From IMG/VR virus record IMGVR_UViG_3300045988_104080, positions 1 through 52,391 of that record: a DNA stretch of 52,391 bases. The stretch is one strand, 5' to 3'. The stretch comes from a virus. Below are positions 1 through 9,178 of this stretch, one piece after another. The translations under genes and the position numbers were made by a program. Every line of letters starts with the position of its first letter. The stretch's first letter is position 1. The notes beneath the pieces are model-generated. The model was not told the origin of the DNA. It saw only the letters and a list, made by a program, of their open reading frames with translations, and did not search any database.

Positions 1-55
1 GCGGCGATGAATATGTCAAGGCCCTGGCGGCCTGGGCAGAAAGCACCGAGCCCAC
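1..55. repeat. Terminal 55-bp overlap, identical to 52337-52391 (circular contig closure)
   Basis: Bases 1-55 (gcggcgatgaatatgtcaagg...accgagcccac) recur exactly at 52337-52391. The tail sheath ORF is in frame across the junction. Confidence 0.9.
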
Positions 56-728
56 CGAGGCGGAGCTTGGCGCCGGTGCAGAGGATCACCGCAAGCTCTA
101 CTTCGGCCAGACCGAGAACAAGGCCCTTGCGGTCACCAACCGCCGGTCCGCGATCATCTACACCGCCAAGCCTACCGAGTACGCCGACGCTGCCTTTGTG
201 GGCAACGTGGGCCCGTTCTATCCCCGGTCCGTCACCTGGAAGTTCAAGCGCCCCCAGGGCATTACCGTTCCCGATCTGACCCAGGCGGAGCGCGATGCGC
301 TGGAGGAGGCAAACGTCAACTTCCTCACCGTGGAGTATAAGCACGAGTATGTGAAGAACGGCGTCTGCACCGACGGCGAGTTTATCGACGTCCAGATGGG
401 CGCGGACTACATCGCCAAGACCATGCGCGAGAACCTTTACACGATCTTCCTGGAGAACGCCAAGGTCGGGTACACCGACGAGGGCTTTTCCCTGGTCGGT
501 GCTGGCGTCTACCAGGCCCTCAACAAGGCCGTCGAGCTCGGGATCATCGCACTGGACCCGGAAAGCAACAAGGGCGTCTTCACTGTTGTCATCCCGAAGC
601 GCTCTGCTGCTACCGACGAGCAGGCCCGTAACCGCCAGATGCCTGACATCACCTGGGAGGCGCAGCTCGAAGGCGCTGTCCATTCCGTTAAGGTCAAGGG
701 CGTCCTCCGTGCGACCCTGAGTGCGTAA
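3..728 (+). CDS. Tail sheath protein, C-terminal part (5' part is 51988-52391 across the circular junction)
   Basis: Open frame from the window start with no own start codon and the same frame as 51988-52391 after removing the 55-bp overlap. Sheath-tube-chaperone-tape measure synteny. Sequence resembles XkdK/Mu gpL-type sheaths. Confidence 0.85.
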   Translation, partial: GDEYVKALAAWAESTEPTEAELGAGAEDHRKLYFGQTENKALAVTNRRSAIIYTAKPTEYADAAFVGNVGPFYPRSVTWKFKRPQGITVPDLTQAERDALEEANVNFLTVEYKHEYVKNGVCTDGEFIDVQMGADYIAKTMRENLYTIFLENAKVGYTDEGFSLVGAGVYQALNKAVELGIIALDPESNKGVFTVVIPKRSAATDEQARNRQMPDITWEAQLEGAVHSVKVKGVLRATLSA

Positions 729-744
729 GAAAGGAGCAGCTTAA

Positions 745-1155
745 ATGGGCAAAGTATCTGTTACCACCTATGACCCCAAGAAGGTCAACGTCATCGTGGG
801 CGGCCGGGTAATCACCGGCTTCGCCTCCGACGGCGTCGTTACCCTGGCGAAGTCTGAGGACAGTGTCACCCCCTCTGTGGGGGCCAAAGGCGATGTGGCC
901 TATTCCGAGAACGCCAACGAGAGCGGCACCGTCTCTCTCACCCTCATGTCTACGTCCTCCAGCCTGCCGTACCTGCGCGATCTGGAGGCCAAGCGCCGGG
1001 CCGTCAATGTCTCCATCACGGACGCCAACGACGACACCGCGTTTACCATGAACGAGGACAACTGCCGCATCACCAAAATGCCTGACGTCGCCCGCCAGAA
1101 GGAGCAGGCGACCGTCACCGTCACCATCTTTGTCCCGTCCATGACTATCCGGTAA
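745..1155 (+). CDS. Tail tube protein
   Basis: 136 aa, RBS AAAGGAG 8 nt upstream, immediately downstream of the sheath gene; size and position are typical of contractile-tail tube proteins. Confidence 0.75.
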   Translation: MGKVSVTTYDPKKVNVIVGGRVITGFASDGVVTLAKSEDSVTPSVGAKGDVAYSENANESGTVSLTLMSTSSSLPYLRDLEAKRRAVNVSITDANDDTAFTMNEDNCRITKMPDVARQKEQATVTVTIFVPSMTIR

Positions 1156-1487
1156 TGGGCGGGGCACCGAACTGGCCGAACAGGCCGAAATCTCTCACTG
1201 AAAGGGGCTACCGAAAATATATGGCAAAGCAGAAGAAAGTGACTATCAACAATCAGGAGTTCACCCTCCAGAGCGTTTCCCCCTCCTGGTACTTCGGAGT
1301 CAATGACGAGTGCGGTATGACCGGCGGCAAGAAGGACACCGGCAAGTATCTGGACACCATGTTTAAGAACTGCGTCGTCTCCCCGGCAGAGGTCCGCAAC
1401 GACGGCATGGCCTACTTCGACACCCAGGAGGACGTCAAGACCCCGGAAAAGCTCATCAAGGCCATCGAGCAGTTTCTTCGAGAGTGA
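1155..1487 (+). CDS. Tail assembly chaperone (G-like); alternative start at 1221
   Basis: Small ORF between the tube and tape measure genes. TAATG overlap with the tube stop; an internal ATG at 1221 (MAKQKKVTINNQEF...) is also possible. Confidence 0.65.
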   Translation: MGGAPNWPNRPKSLTERGYRKYMAKQKKVTINNQEFTLQSVSPSWYFGVNDECGMTGGKKDTGKYLDTMFKNCVVSPAEVRNDGMAYFDTQEDVKTPEKLIKAIEQFLRE

Positions 1488-1671
1488 GCTTAACCCGGAG
1501 ACGGCGGACCGGAGGGCCCGCCGGAACAAAGCCTTCTGGTGCATGGTATTCACCGGCCAGGGGCTCACCTATACCGAGTTGAAGGGCATGGACCTCGCTG
1601 AGTACAAGGAGGCGGTCACGGCCCGGATACTTTTCAACGAAATATGGAGCAAAGAGGGGCAGGTGCAGTGA
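1474..1671 (+). CDS. Putative frameshift extension of the tail assembly chaperone (T-like part, +1 frame)
   Basis: The +1 frame is open from before the chaperone stop to TGA 1669-1671 and encodes protein-like sequence (..LNPETADRRARRNKAFWCMVFTGQGLTYTELKGMDLAEYKEAVTARILFNEIW..). It has no convincing start of its own. UUU_C at 1473-1476 is a possible slip site. Confidence 0.45.
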   Translation, partial: FFESELNPETADRRARRNKAFWCMVFTGQGLTYTELKGMDLAEYKEAVTARILFNEIWSKEGQVQ

Positions 1672-1710
1672 TGCGCCTGCCCCGTTTTGCCGCAGAAAGG
1701 AGGTGGGGTC

Positions 1711-4200
1711 ATGGCAGACAGCAGAGAGCTCACCTTTGGCATGGACTTTGACCTGGATGGCACCATACAGCAGCTCGGTGACATCCTCGGCAGCCTGGAG
1801 CGGTTAAAGGCCAGCGCTGAGGATGCCGAGGACCAGGGCCGCGACATGGGGCGTCAGTTCAAGGCAGGCACATCCGCAGCCACCGCCGGAGCTAAGGAGG
1901 CGGCACGCGCCCTCGACGATCTCGGAGACGAGGCGGACGACATAGGCACGGACTTCCGGGCCATGGGGCGCGAGGCGGACAGTTTTGGTTCGTCCGTGCT
2001 CAAATCCATGGGGACGGCGGCGAAGGAGAGCGGGAGCGCCACCAAGACCATAAAGGCAGGCTTCGACGGTGCCATCGGCTACACCGAGAAGAAGATCACC
2101 ACCTTCACCAAGAAGACCACGGCCGGTATCAAGGGCATCGGCACGGCCTTCGCCAATCCCATCGGCGCCATTAAGGGGAAATTCCTGGGGGCTGTCGAAG
2201 CGGCAGCCAACAAGATCAACAACCTCGGAGACGAGGCGGACGACACCGGGAAGGACCTGGACGACATGGGGGACGAGGGCGACAGCGCTGGTTCCCAGAT
2301 CAAAGATGCTATCAAAGGGGCCCTTACGGCCTTTGTTGGCTTCGAGGCCATCCAGGCCGGTATTGATATGCTCAAGGAGCTTGGAGCCGCAGCCATCGAG
2401 GCGGCCGGAGCTGCCGAGAACACCGGGCGCAAGTTTGAGGCGTCCTTTGCTGGCACCGACGCGGCCGAATGGGCAGAGAACTACGCCGACGCCATTCACC
2501 GTAGCGACCAGGAGGTGCAGAGCTTCATGGTCTCCAACAAGGCCATGTATGGCGAGCTCGGCATCACCGGGGAGGCCGCAACGGAGCTCTCTAAAATCTC
2601 CACGTCCCTTGCATACGACCTTGGAAACGCCTTCGCCATGGACGACGTCGAGGCCCTGGGCGTCATCCAGGACTACATCAGCGGCAACAACGCCGCCCTG
2701 GAGGAGTACGGCGTCCACATCGACGACGTAACCCTCAAAAACACCGCCATGGAAATGGGTCTCGGGAGCCAGATTGACGAACTGGACGAAGCATCTCTGG
2801 CGCAGGTCAGAATGAATGCACTCCTCAAGGAAAGCACCGGCTTCCAGCAGGCAGCAGCCGACAGCACCGGCGGCCTCGTGAATAGCACCAAGGACCTCAA
2901 GGGTGTATGGGGCAACTTCATGGCCGACGCCGGAGCCGAGTTCACCCCTGTCCTGGAGAGCCTGTTCGGGGCGATCATGGACAACTGGCCCACCATCGAG
3001 CCGATGCTCATGCAGTTCGTCGAGATACTGAGCACCGGCATGGCCCAGGCAGCCCCTGTTCTCATCGAACTCGGGCAGACCCTTATCCCCACTCTTACCA
3101 GCGTGATTGGCACGCTATTCCAGGCCGGGCTTCCCCTCATCGAGGTGTTCGGCCAGCTCGCACAGACCATCCTTCCACCGCTGGCGTCCGTGATAGGCAT
3201 GATAGCAGAGTCCGTCATGCCGCCTCTGGTTGACATCCTGGGCACGCTGAACACGGCCATCATCCAGCCCCTCGTTCCGCTCATCCAGAAGATAGCGGAA
3301 GCGTTTCTGCCACCGATAGCGCAGCTGCTCGGCGCGATCTCTCCCATCCTGGACGCGATCAGCCCCGTGCTGACCATCATAGGGGACGTTCTGGGCATCA
3401 TCGCCGACGTCCTGGGTAAAGTGGTCGGGTGGCTGGCCGACGGCGTCGGGAAGGTCGTAGGCTTCTTTACGAACCTGTTCGGAGGGGCCAAGGAGAGCGA
3501 AGCGGCGGTCAACGATCTAAACGGGGCTGTGAACGGCCTGGACGAGACAGCCTCCAAGGAGACCTCTCTTGCCGTTGACACCTCGCAGTACAAGGAACAG
3601 GTGGAGGGCGCAGCGGCCACCACGACCGAGGCCGTCACCAACAGCTCCAACGAGATCGCGGAGATCACAGACGTGAATTTTATTGCGATGGGGGCCAGCG
3701 CCACGTCGGCGTATTCCACCATGCAGACGGACGCAGAAACCGCCTGGACCGCGATGCAGACCGCAGCGCAGACCGGGACCGACAACATCGTGTCGCAGTT
3801 CGGCCGCATCACCGCAGCGGCCAGGGAAGCAGCCGCCGCCTCCAACATCCAGGTGGGCGCTTCGGTGCCCCACAATGCCAGAGGCACGGACAACTTCTCC
3901 GGCGGCCTGACCTACATGAACGAGGAGGGCGGCGAGCTTGCCATCCTCCCCGGCGGCACTGCCATCATACCGGCAGATCAGACCGACCGGCTCATGCAGT
4001 CCTTCACCAGTTACAACACCACGAACCAGGGGGGCAAGCAAGTCACCCTGTCGCCCAGCATCCAAATCACCGTCAACGGCGGGGACAGCTCCGCCGCTGT
4101 AAGCATCAAAGAGCAGTTGCGGGCCCTGTTCTCCGAGCTCTACCAGGAGGCCCAGGGGCAGGACTACACGGACCGCATCATGCAGCACGGATTTGCATAA
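1711..4200 (+). CDS. Tail tape measure protein
   Basis: 829 aa, RBS AAAGGAGGTG before ATG 1711. Long Ala/Gly/Leu-rich helical protein with hydrophobic central segments, in the canonical position after the chaperone. Confidence 0.9.
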   Translation: MADSRELTFGMDFDLDGTIQQLGDILGSLERLKASAEDAEDQGRDMGRQFKAGTSAATAGAKEAARALDDLGDEADDIGTDFRAMGREADSFGSSVLKSMGTAAKESGSATKTIKAGFDGAIGYTEKKITTFTKKTTAGIKGIGTAFANPIGAIKGKFLGAVEAAANKINNLGDEADDTGKDLDDMGDEGDSAGSQIKDAIKGALTAFVGFEAIQAGIDMLKELGAAAIEAAGAAENTGRKFEASFAGTDAAEWAENYADAIHRSDQEVQSFMVSNKAMYGELGITGEAATELSKISTSLAYDLGNAFAMDDVEALGVIQDYISGNNAALEEYGVHIDDVTLKNTAMEMGLGSQIDELDEASLAQVRMNALLKESTGFQQAAADSTGGLVNSTKDLKGVWGNFMADAGAEFTPVLESLFGAIMDNWPTIEPMLMQFVEILSTGMAQAAPVLIELGQTLIPTLTSVIGTLFQAGLPLIEVFGQLAQTILPPLASVIGMIAESVMPPLVDILGTLNTAIIQPLVPLIQKIAEAFLPPIAQLLGAISPILDAISPVLTIIGDVLGIIADVLGKVVGWLADGVGKVVGFFTNLFGGAKESEAAVNDLNGAVNGLDETASKETSLAVDTSQYKEQVEGAAATTTEAVTNSSNEIAEITDVNFIAMGASATSAYSTMQTDAETAWTAMQTAAQTGTDNIVSQFGRITAAAREAAAASNIQVGASVPHNARGTDNFSGGLTYMNEEGGELAILPGGTAIIPADQTDRLMQSFTSYNTTNQGGKQVTLSPSIQITVNGGDSSAAVSIKEQLRALFSELYQEAQGQDYTDRIMQHGFA

Positions 4201-4212
4201 GGAGGTGCCGAT

Positions 4213-4833
4213 ATGTATACCCTCGTAGGCCAGAAGTGCGGCACCGTCCTTCTGGACCCCCGCACGACCGGCGTGGTAAACTCCGAGTCCGTTACCCGCC
4301 AGAGCACAATCACAGACAACCCCGTTGAAGGCGGAGGCAACATCCAGGACCATGTCTTCTGCCAGCCCTTGACCATCCAGCTCCAGGGCACCGCCATCAA
4401 CGGGGCCGACACCATCGCAACGCTTGGCGCCATGTGGAAGAAGGGCGACATTCTGACGTACACCGGAAGGAACCGGATCACCAACCTGGTAATCCAGAAC
4501 CTCCAGAGCACGCACGCCCCGGACAACCGGAACGGCTTCTCCTTCTCCGCAACACTCAAGCAGATCACCATAGGCAGCTCCGAGGCCAGCGGCACGGCCA
4601 CCACCATGAGCGCCCAAGACGCCACGGCCGCCGCCGCAAACCCGACCGGCGCTAAATCCAGCCTGCCAGCATCGCAGACCGGGAAGACCAAGAGCGACGG
4701 CCTTAAAACGACCGTCTCGACCACGATCTCCTCCAGCGCCTACGCATCCTATGTGAGCAGCTACAACAACAAACCGAGCAGCAGCGCGGGCCCGAAGACC
4801 CGTGCTACCCCCAGCAACAACGGAAGGAGGTGA
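4213..4833 (+). CDS. Tail/baseplate protein following the tape measure (Dit-like/DNA-circulation-like N-terminal motif)
   Basis: RBS AAGGAGGTG. Motif ITDNPVEGGGNIQDHV is typical of baseplate proteins encoded just after tape measure genes. Ser/Ala/Thr-rich C-terminus. Confidence 0.55.
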   Translation: MYTLVGQKCGTVLLDPRTTGVVNSESVTRQSTITDNPVEGGGNIQDHVFCQPLTIQLQGTAINGADTIATLGAMWKKGDILTYTGRNRITNLVIQNLQSTHAPDNRNGFSFSATLKQITIGSSEASGTATTMSAQDATAAAANPTGAKSSLPASQTGKTKSDGLKTTVSTTISSSAYASYVSSYNNKPSSSAGPKTRATPSNNGRR

Positions 4834-4837
4834 CGGG

Positions 4838-5194
4838 ATGCAGCTCATAGACCTGGGCAGCGATGTCCAATATATCGAGATCGACACCGGAAAGGTGCCC
4901 TACACCTTCTCTGTCAAACTGGAAGACCGAACCTTCTCCTTCACCATCCGCTACAACGACGTCGGCGGTTTCTTCACCGCAGACCTGGCAATCTCCGCCA
5001 CCGGCGAAGTGCTGGCCTACGGCGACCCCGTCCGATATGGGCGGCCCCTGTTTGGCCCCATTGAGGATGAGCGGTTTCCGCTGCCGGTCATCATCCCCCT
5101 GTGCCTCACCGGCGACGACATTGACGCTGTGACCTGGGACAACCTGGGCAGAGAGGTCCAACTCTACCTGTTCGAGAGGAGGGGGGCCTCTTGA
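4838..5194 (+). CDS. Small baseplate-associated protein
   Basis: 118 aa, RBS GGAAGGAGGTG, lies within the baseplate gene block; function inferred from synteny only. Confidence 0.5.
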   Translation: MQLIDLGSDVQYIEIDTGKVPYTFSVKLEDRTFSFTIRYNDVGGFFTADLAISATGEVLAYGDPVRYGRPLFGPIEDERFPLPVIIPLCLTGDDIDAVTWDNLGREVQLYLFERRGAS

Positions 5195-6036
5195 GCTATT
5201 GGATGAGGTCAGCAACCCTCCAGATCGGCGGGAAGCGCTACGGCATGGAAGACCTCTATTTTGAGTTTGAAGTGCCGTTCGAGGACAGCGACACCCTCCA
5301 GACGGCCAAGTTCAAGGCCTACAACCTGGCGGAGTCCACCCGGAAGGGTATCAAGCGCGGGGACGCAATCATCCTGAATGCGGGGTATGAGGGCGACGTC
5401 GGCTCCATTTTCGTGGGGCAAGTGAGCGCTTGCAGCCACAAGCACCAAAACACCGACTGGATCACCGAAATATCTGCAACCGCAGCTATGGACCAGTGGC
5501 TTGGCGCCAAGGTCTCCAAGACCTACGCCAAGGGCTCCACCGCCAAGGACATCGTCTCCGACCTCCTCAACCTTTTCGGCGTGGAGATCGGGGACTTTTC
5601 CCTGGCCGTCAACAAGGTTTATGACCGAGGACTTGTCTGCAACGGGAAGGTGAAGGACCAGCTCATCAAGATCGTGGTCAACGACTGCAAGAGCCGGTTC
5701 CTCATCCGCAGCGGCGCGGTCTACATCAACGACCCGTCGAAGGGCGTCCAAAACGGCCTCGCACTGACACCACAGAGCGGCCTTCTCATCTCTGGCAAGG
5801 AGGTCGAGGAGACCGTCGTGGCCGTCGGAAACGACAGCCAGAAAAGCGCCAGCGCCAAGAGCGAGGAGGGCAACTACATCAGCCGGGAGTGCCTGCTCAA
5901 CTACCACATCGGACCGGCAGAGCAGGTCAGTGTGCAGTCCAAGTTTTTGTCCGGCACCTTCATTGTGGCGTCCGGGAAGCATATCGGCTCCCCGCGTGGG
6001 AACTGGAAAACCACCATTGAGCTAAAGCCTATTTGA
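5191..6036 (+). CDS. Baseplate hub protein (XkdQ / gpD / Mu gp44-like)
   Basis: 281 aa, TTG start overlapping the upstream stop (TTGA), RBS GAGGAGG. Position and size match the hub protein preceding the spike gene. Confidence 0.6.
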   Translation: MSYWMRSATLQIGGKRYGMEDLYFEFEVPFEDSDTLQTAKFKAYNLAESTRKGIKRGDAIILNAGYEGDVGSIFVGQVSACSHKHQNTDWITEISATAAMDQWLGAKVSKTYAKGSTAKDIVSDLLNLFGVEIGDFSLAVNKVYDRGLVCNGKVKDQLIKIVVNDCKSRFLIRSGAVYINDPSKGVQNGLALTPQSGLLISGKEVEETVVAVGNDSQKSASAKSEEGNYISRECLLNYHIGPAEQVSVQSKFLSGTFIVASGKHIGSPRGNWKTTIELKPI

Positions 6037-6052
6037 GAGAGGGGGAAAGATC

Positions 6053-6589
6053 GTGGCAAGCCAGAACCGGAAGCGCGCCTATGAGGACGCGAAGAAACAG
6101 GCGGAGGCCGCAGGCCTCTGCGTCGCTGACATCGTCAAGGTCATCTCCTTCGACGAGGCGGCCATGACGGTTGATGTCCAGCCCATCACCAGGTACCCGG
6201 ATGAGGACACCTTCCAGACCAAGCCCCAGGTCCTCGCTGTCCCTGTTTGCACTCACTTTGGGGGCGGTTTCGTCATCCGGCCGGTCTACTCCGCCGGTGA
6301 CATCGGCGTCGTGGTCTATCTGGACCGCGACAGCGACGCCGTCATCGCGGGAGGGGCTGAGGCCGACCCGAACACCGAACGTCTGCACAGCGGAGATGAC
6401 GCCATCTTCATCGGCGGCATCCGCACGGGCAGCAACACCATTTCCGGCCTGCCAGCCGGTACCCTGTGCCTCGGGACGCCGGACGGCTCCGTGTATGTCT
6501 CCATCACCAAGAGCGGCGTGGACATCAAGGGGAACGTCAAGATCACCGGCGATCTGACCACCACCGGCGGCACCGTAAATCTGAACTGA
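6053..6589 (+). CDS. Baseplate central spike (gpV / Mu gp45-like)
   Basis: 178 aa, GTG start. An OB-fold-like N-terminal half is followed by a beta-helix-like C-terminus (VDIKGNVKITGDLTTTGGTVNLN). A PAAR gene follows directly. Confidence 0.7.
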   Translation: MASQNRKRAYEDAKKQAEAAGLCVADIVKVISFDEAAMTVDVQPITRYPDEDTFQTKPQVLAVPVCTHFGGGFVIRPVYSAGDIGVVVYLDRDSDAVIAGGAEADPNTERLHSGDDAIFIGGIRTGSNTISGLPAGTLCLGTPDGSVYVSITKSGVDIKGNVKITGDLTTTGGTVNLN

Positions 6590-6601
6590 GGAGGGAGAAC
6601 T

Positions 6602-6940
6602 ATGCCAAGCGCCGCACGCCTGGGAGACAGTATTGCGGGCACGACCGCCGGTGAGCACGCCGGGCACGCGCCCCCTCACCCTCCGCTGCCGATCAGCGGC
6701 AGCATCTCCGGGAACTGCTCCCCTGACGTTCTTATCAACGGACAGCCCGCCGCCTATGTCGGAAGCATTACCACCGAGCAGGATGCTTGCTGCGGCAGCT
6801 CTCAGGGCTCCATAGGAGCCGGGAGCGGTTCCGTGTTCATCAACGGCAAGGCAGCGGCCCGCCTGGGCGATTCGCTCAGTGCCCACAACGGCAGCGGCCA
6901 AGTCACCGGCGGGAGCGGAGACGTCTTTATTGGAGGGTAG
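6602..6940 (+). CDS. PAAR-domain spike-tip protein
   Basis: 112 aa with two RLGDS repeats and Gly-rich beta-strands (AARLGDSIAG..., AARLGDSLSAHNGSG...VFIGG), characteristic of PAAR repeat proteins. Confidence 0.8.
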   Translation: MPSAARLGDSIAGTTAGEHAGHAPPHPPLPISGSISGNCSPDVLINGQPAAYVGSITTEQDACCGSSQGSIGAGSGSVFINGKAAARLGDSLSAHNGSGQVTGGSGDVFIGG

Positions 6941-6943
6941 CCT

Positions 6944-7315
6944 ATGGATAACTACACACTGAAAATTGACCCCAGCACTCGGGACCTTGTGCTGGATGAC
7001 GCCGGTATGATGGAGCTCGTGAGCGGAGACGCCACCAGCGCCCAAGCGGTCCGACTCACCCTGGAGGCCTGGAAAGGGGAATTTCCCTTCGACCCCACGC
7101 ACGGGACCGATTACAGCCGCATCGCCGGTAAGAAGGCCCGCGAGCTTTCGGAGGATGAAGTCCCGGAGGTCATCCGGGACGCCGTCCTCCAGGAGACGGC
7201 AGTGAGCGAGGTGGACAGCGTAGAGTATAGCCTAACCGGCAGAGCTCTCAACGTGTCTGTCACCGGCACCCTCACCACCGGCGCAACCATCAAAACGGAG
7301 GTGAGCACCCTATGA
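6944..7315 (+). CDS. Baseplate wedge protein (gp25 / gpW / XkdS-like)
   Basis: 123 aa immediately upstream of the baseplate J gene; the motif ..GEFPFDPTHGTDY.. is typical of this small wedge protein. Confidence 0.65.
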   Translation: MDNYTLKIDPSTRDLVLDDAGMMELVSGDATSAQAVRLTLEAWKGEFPFDPTHGTDYSRIAGKKARELSEDEVPEVIRDAVLQETAVSEVDSVEYSLTGRALNVSVTGTLTTGATIKTEVSTL

Positions 7316-8490
7316 ACACCGAGGAATGGGGCGTAACGGAACGCGGCTTCCACCGCCCCACATACGTCGAGCTCCTGGACGCTGTTGAGTACAAGGCCCG
7401 GGAGCTCTTTGGCAGCAAAGCAAACCTGACGGTCCGCTCCCCCCTGGGGGCCTTCATGCGGATTTTCGCCTGGATGCTTAATCTGCTGTTCTGCCTCATG
7501 GAGGAGACCTATAACTCGCGCTTTGTGGATACCGCCGTGGGCACCAGCCTCTACAACCTCGGCAAGGCCATCGGCCTGTCCCTTCTACCGGCGCAGAAGG
7601 CGTCCGGCTACGTTACCTTCACTGGCGCCCCAGGAACGGCCATCCCGACCGGGTTCCTGGTCAGGACGGTCGCCGGGCTCCAGTATGCGGTCCTCACCAA
7701 TGGCCGCATTGGAGCCGAGGGGACCGTAACGCTGCCTGTGCAGGCGGTAGAGACCGGCGCAGACTACAACGTGGAGGCGGGCCGCGTCAACCAGATCACC
7801 AACCCTTTGGACGGCGTCGATAGCTGCACCAACGAGGGAGTCATTGACGGCGGCCAGGACCGGGAGACCGACGAGGAGTTTCGGGACCGCTATGCACAGT
7901 CCGTGGACTACGCTGGCGGCGTCAACGCAGACGCTATTGCCGGTGAAATCCTCCAGAATGTCGAGTCCGTCTATTCTGCCATCTGCTATGAGAACGACAC
8001 GGACGAGGTGGACAGCCTTGGCCTGCCGCCCCACAGCATCGAGGCCGTGGTCTATGGCGGCCTGGACCAGGACGTCGCAAAAGCCATCTACCGGCGCAAG
8101 GCGGGTGGAATACAGACGCACGGCTCCACCACCATCCCGGTGGTCGCCACCAGCGGCCAGAGCATCAACATCAACTTTTCCAGGCCGAAGCCGGTGCCGA
8201 TCTACGTCAAGGTGTCGAACCTGGAAACCAGCAACGACTTCCCGCTGAACGGGGCGAACCTTGTGAAGGCGGCGATCGTCGACTATATCGGAGGCGCAGC
8301 CTATGGCGGCCTGCCCATCGGCCGGGACGTCGTCTACATGGACCTCCCTGGCGTCATTAAGACCGTGGCCGGAGTTGTAGATTTTGACCTTGCCATAGGC
8401 CAGACAGCGAGCTCCTACGGCACCGAAAACATCGTTATCGACACCCGGGAGAAAGCGATCACCGATGAGGGGAAGGTGACCGTGGAATGA
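7312..8490 (+). CDS. Baseplate J-like protein
   Basis: 392 aa with ATGA overlap to the upstream gene. Sequence features (..ASGYVTFTG.PGT.IP.G..V.. and later ..GG.DRETDEEFR.RY..) are typical of the Baseplate_J family. Confidence 0.85.
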   Translation: MNTEEWGVTERGFHRPTYVELLDAVEYKARELFGSKANLTVRSPLGAFMRIFAWMLNLLFCLMEETYNSRFVDTAVGTSLYNLGKAIGLSLLPAQKASGYVTFTGAPGTAIPTGFLVRTVAGLQYAVLTNGRIGAEGTVTLPVQAVETGADYNVEAGRVNQITNPLDGVDSCTNEGVIDGGQDRETDEEFRDRYAQSVDYAGGVNADAIAGEILQNVESVYSAICYENDTDEVDSLGLPPHSIEAVVYGGLDQDVAKAIYRRKAGGIQTHGSTTIPVVATSGQSININFSRPKPVPIYVKVSNLETSNDFPLNGANLVKAAIVDYIGGAAYGGLPIGRDVVYMDLPGVIKTVAGVVDFDLAIGQTASSYGTENIVIDTREKAITDEGKVTVE

Positions 8491-9173
8491 GCTACGGATA
8501 CCTGTCTCAAATGCTGGAGTACCTAACTGGCGCCTACAACCGCAGCGACATCCGCAACGACCGCCACAGCCTGCCCATGGAGACCAACATCGGCAAGCTG
8601 TTCGGGACGTTTGCCTGGGGCCTGGAGATCGTCCACGAGCACACCGACAGGATGATGCTTTGGGATGACATCGACAACGCCCGGGGGAGCGTCCTGGACC
8701 GGTATGGCATGAACTTTGGTGTTGCACGCGGAGGGGCGAACGACGCTTTTTACCGCCTGCTCATCAAGGTCAAGATGATTGCGATGCTCTCCGGCGGAGA
8801 CATCGACACGATCATCACGGCAGCCGCGAACCTTTTCAACGTCCGGGCCTCTGACATCGAGGTGAAGGAGCTGTTCCCGGCGAAAATCTGGCTCTATGTG
8901 GATGAAGACACCCTGGACGCCGAGCGTCTGGAAGCGGCCGACCTTATTGCGGAGCTGATGAAGCGCATCGTATCTGCGGGTGTTGGCACCCGCATTTTCC
9001 TACGGACCTACCATAACGCCAAGACGACCCACTTCCTCGCTGCGGCGGCTCTGGAGAGCGCCACGGTGACAGCCAGGGTCCGGGTAGCCACCAGCTACAA
9101 GGGCACCGCAAGGGCCTGGATGGCTACGACGGTATGGGAGGACACGATCATTAAAGCAAAGACAAGGAGGTAA
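8487..9173 (+). CDS. Baseplate/tail protein (gpI / XkdU-like)
   Basis: 228 aa, start overlapping the J gene stop; canonical position after baseplate J. Confidence 0.6.
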   Translation: MSYGYLSQMLEYLTGAYNRSDIRNDRHSLPMETNIGKLFGTFAWGLEIVHEHTDRMMLWDDIDNARGSVLDRYGMNFGVARGGANDAFYRLLIKVKMIAMLSGGDIDTIITAAANLFNVRASDIEVKELFPAKIWLYVDEDTLDAERLEAADLIAELMKRIVSAGVGTRIFLRTYHNAKTTHFLAAAALESATVTARVRVATSYKGTARAWMATTVWEDTIIKAKTRR

Positions 9174-9178
9174 GCACA

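Noticed and set aside
1-55. The 55-bp terminal repeat as a genuine direct terminal repeat of the virion DNA.
   Set aside because: It lies in the middle of the tail sheath ORF and its length equals a common assembler k-mer, so an assembly circularisation overlap is far more likely.
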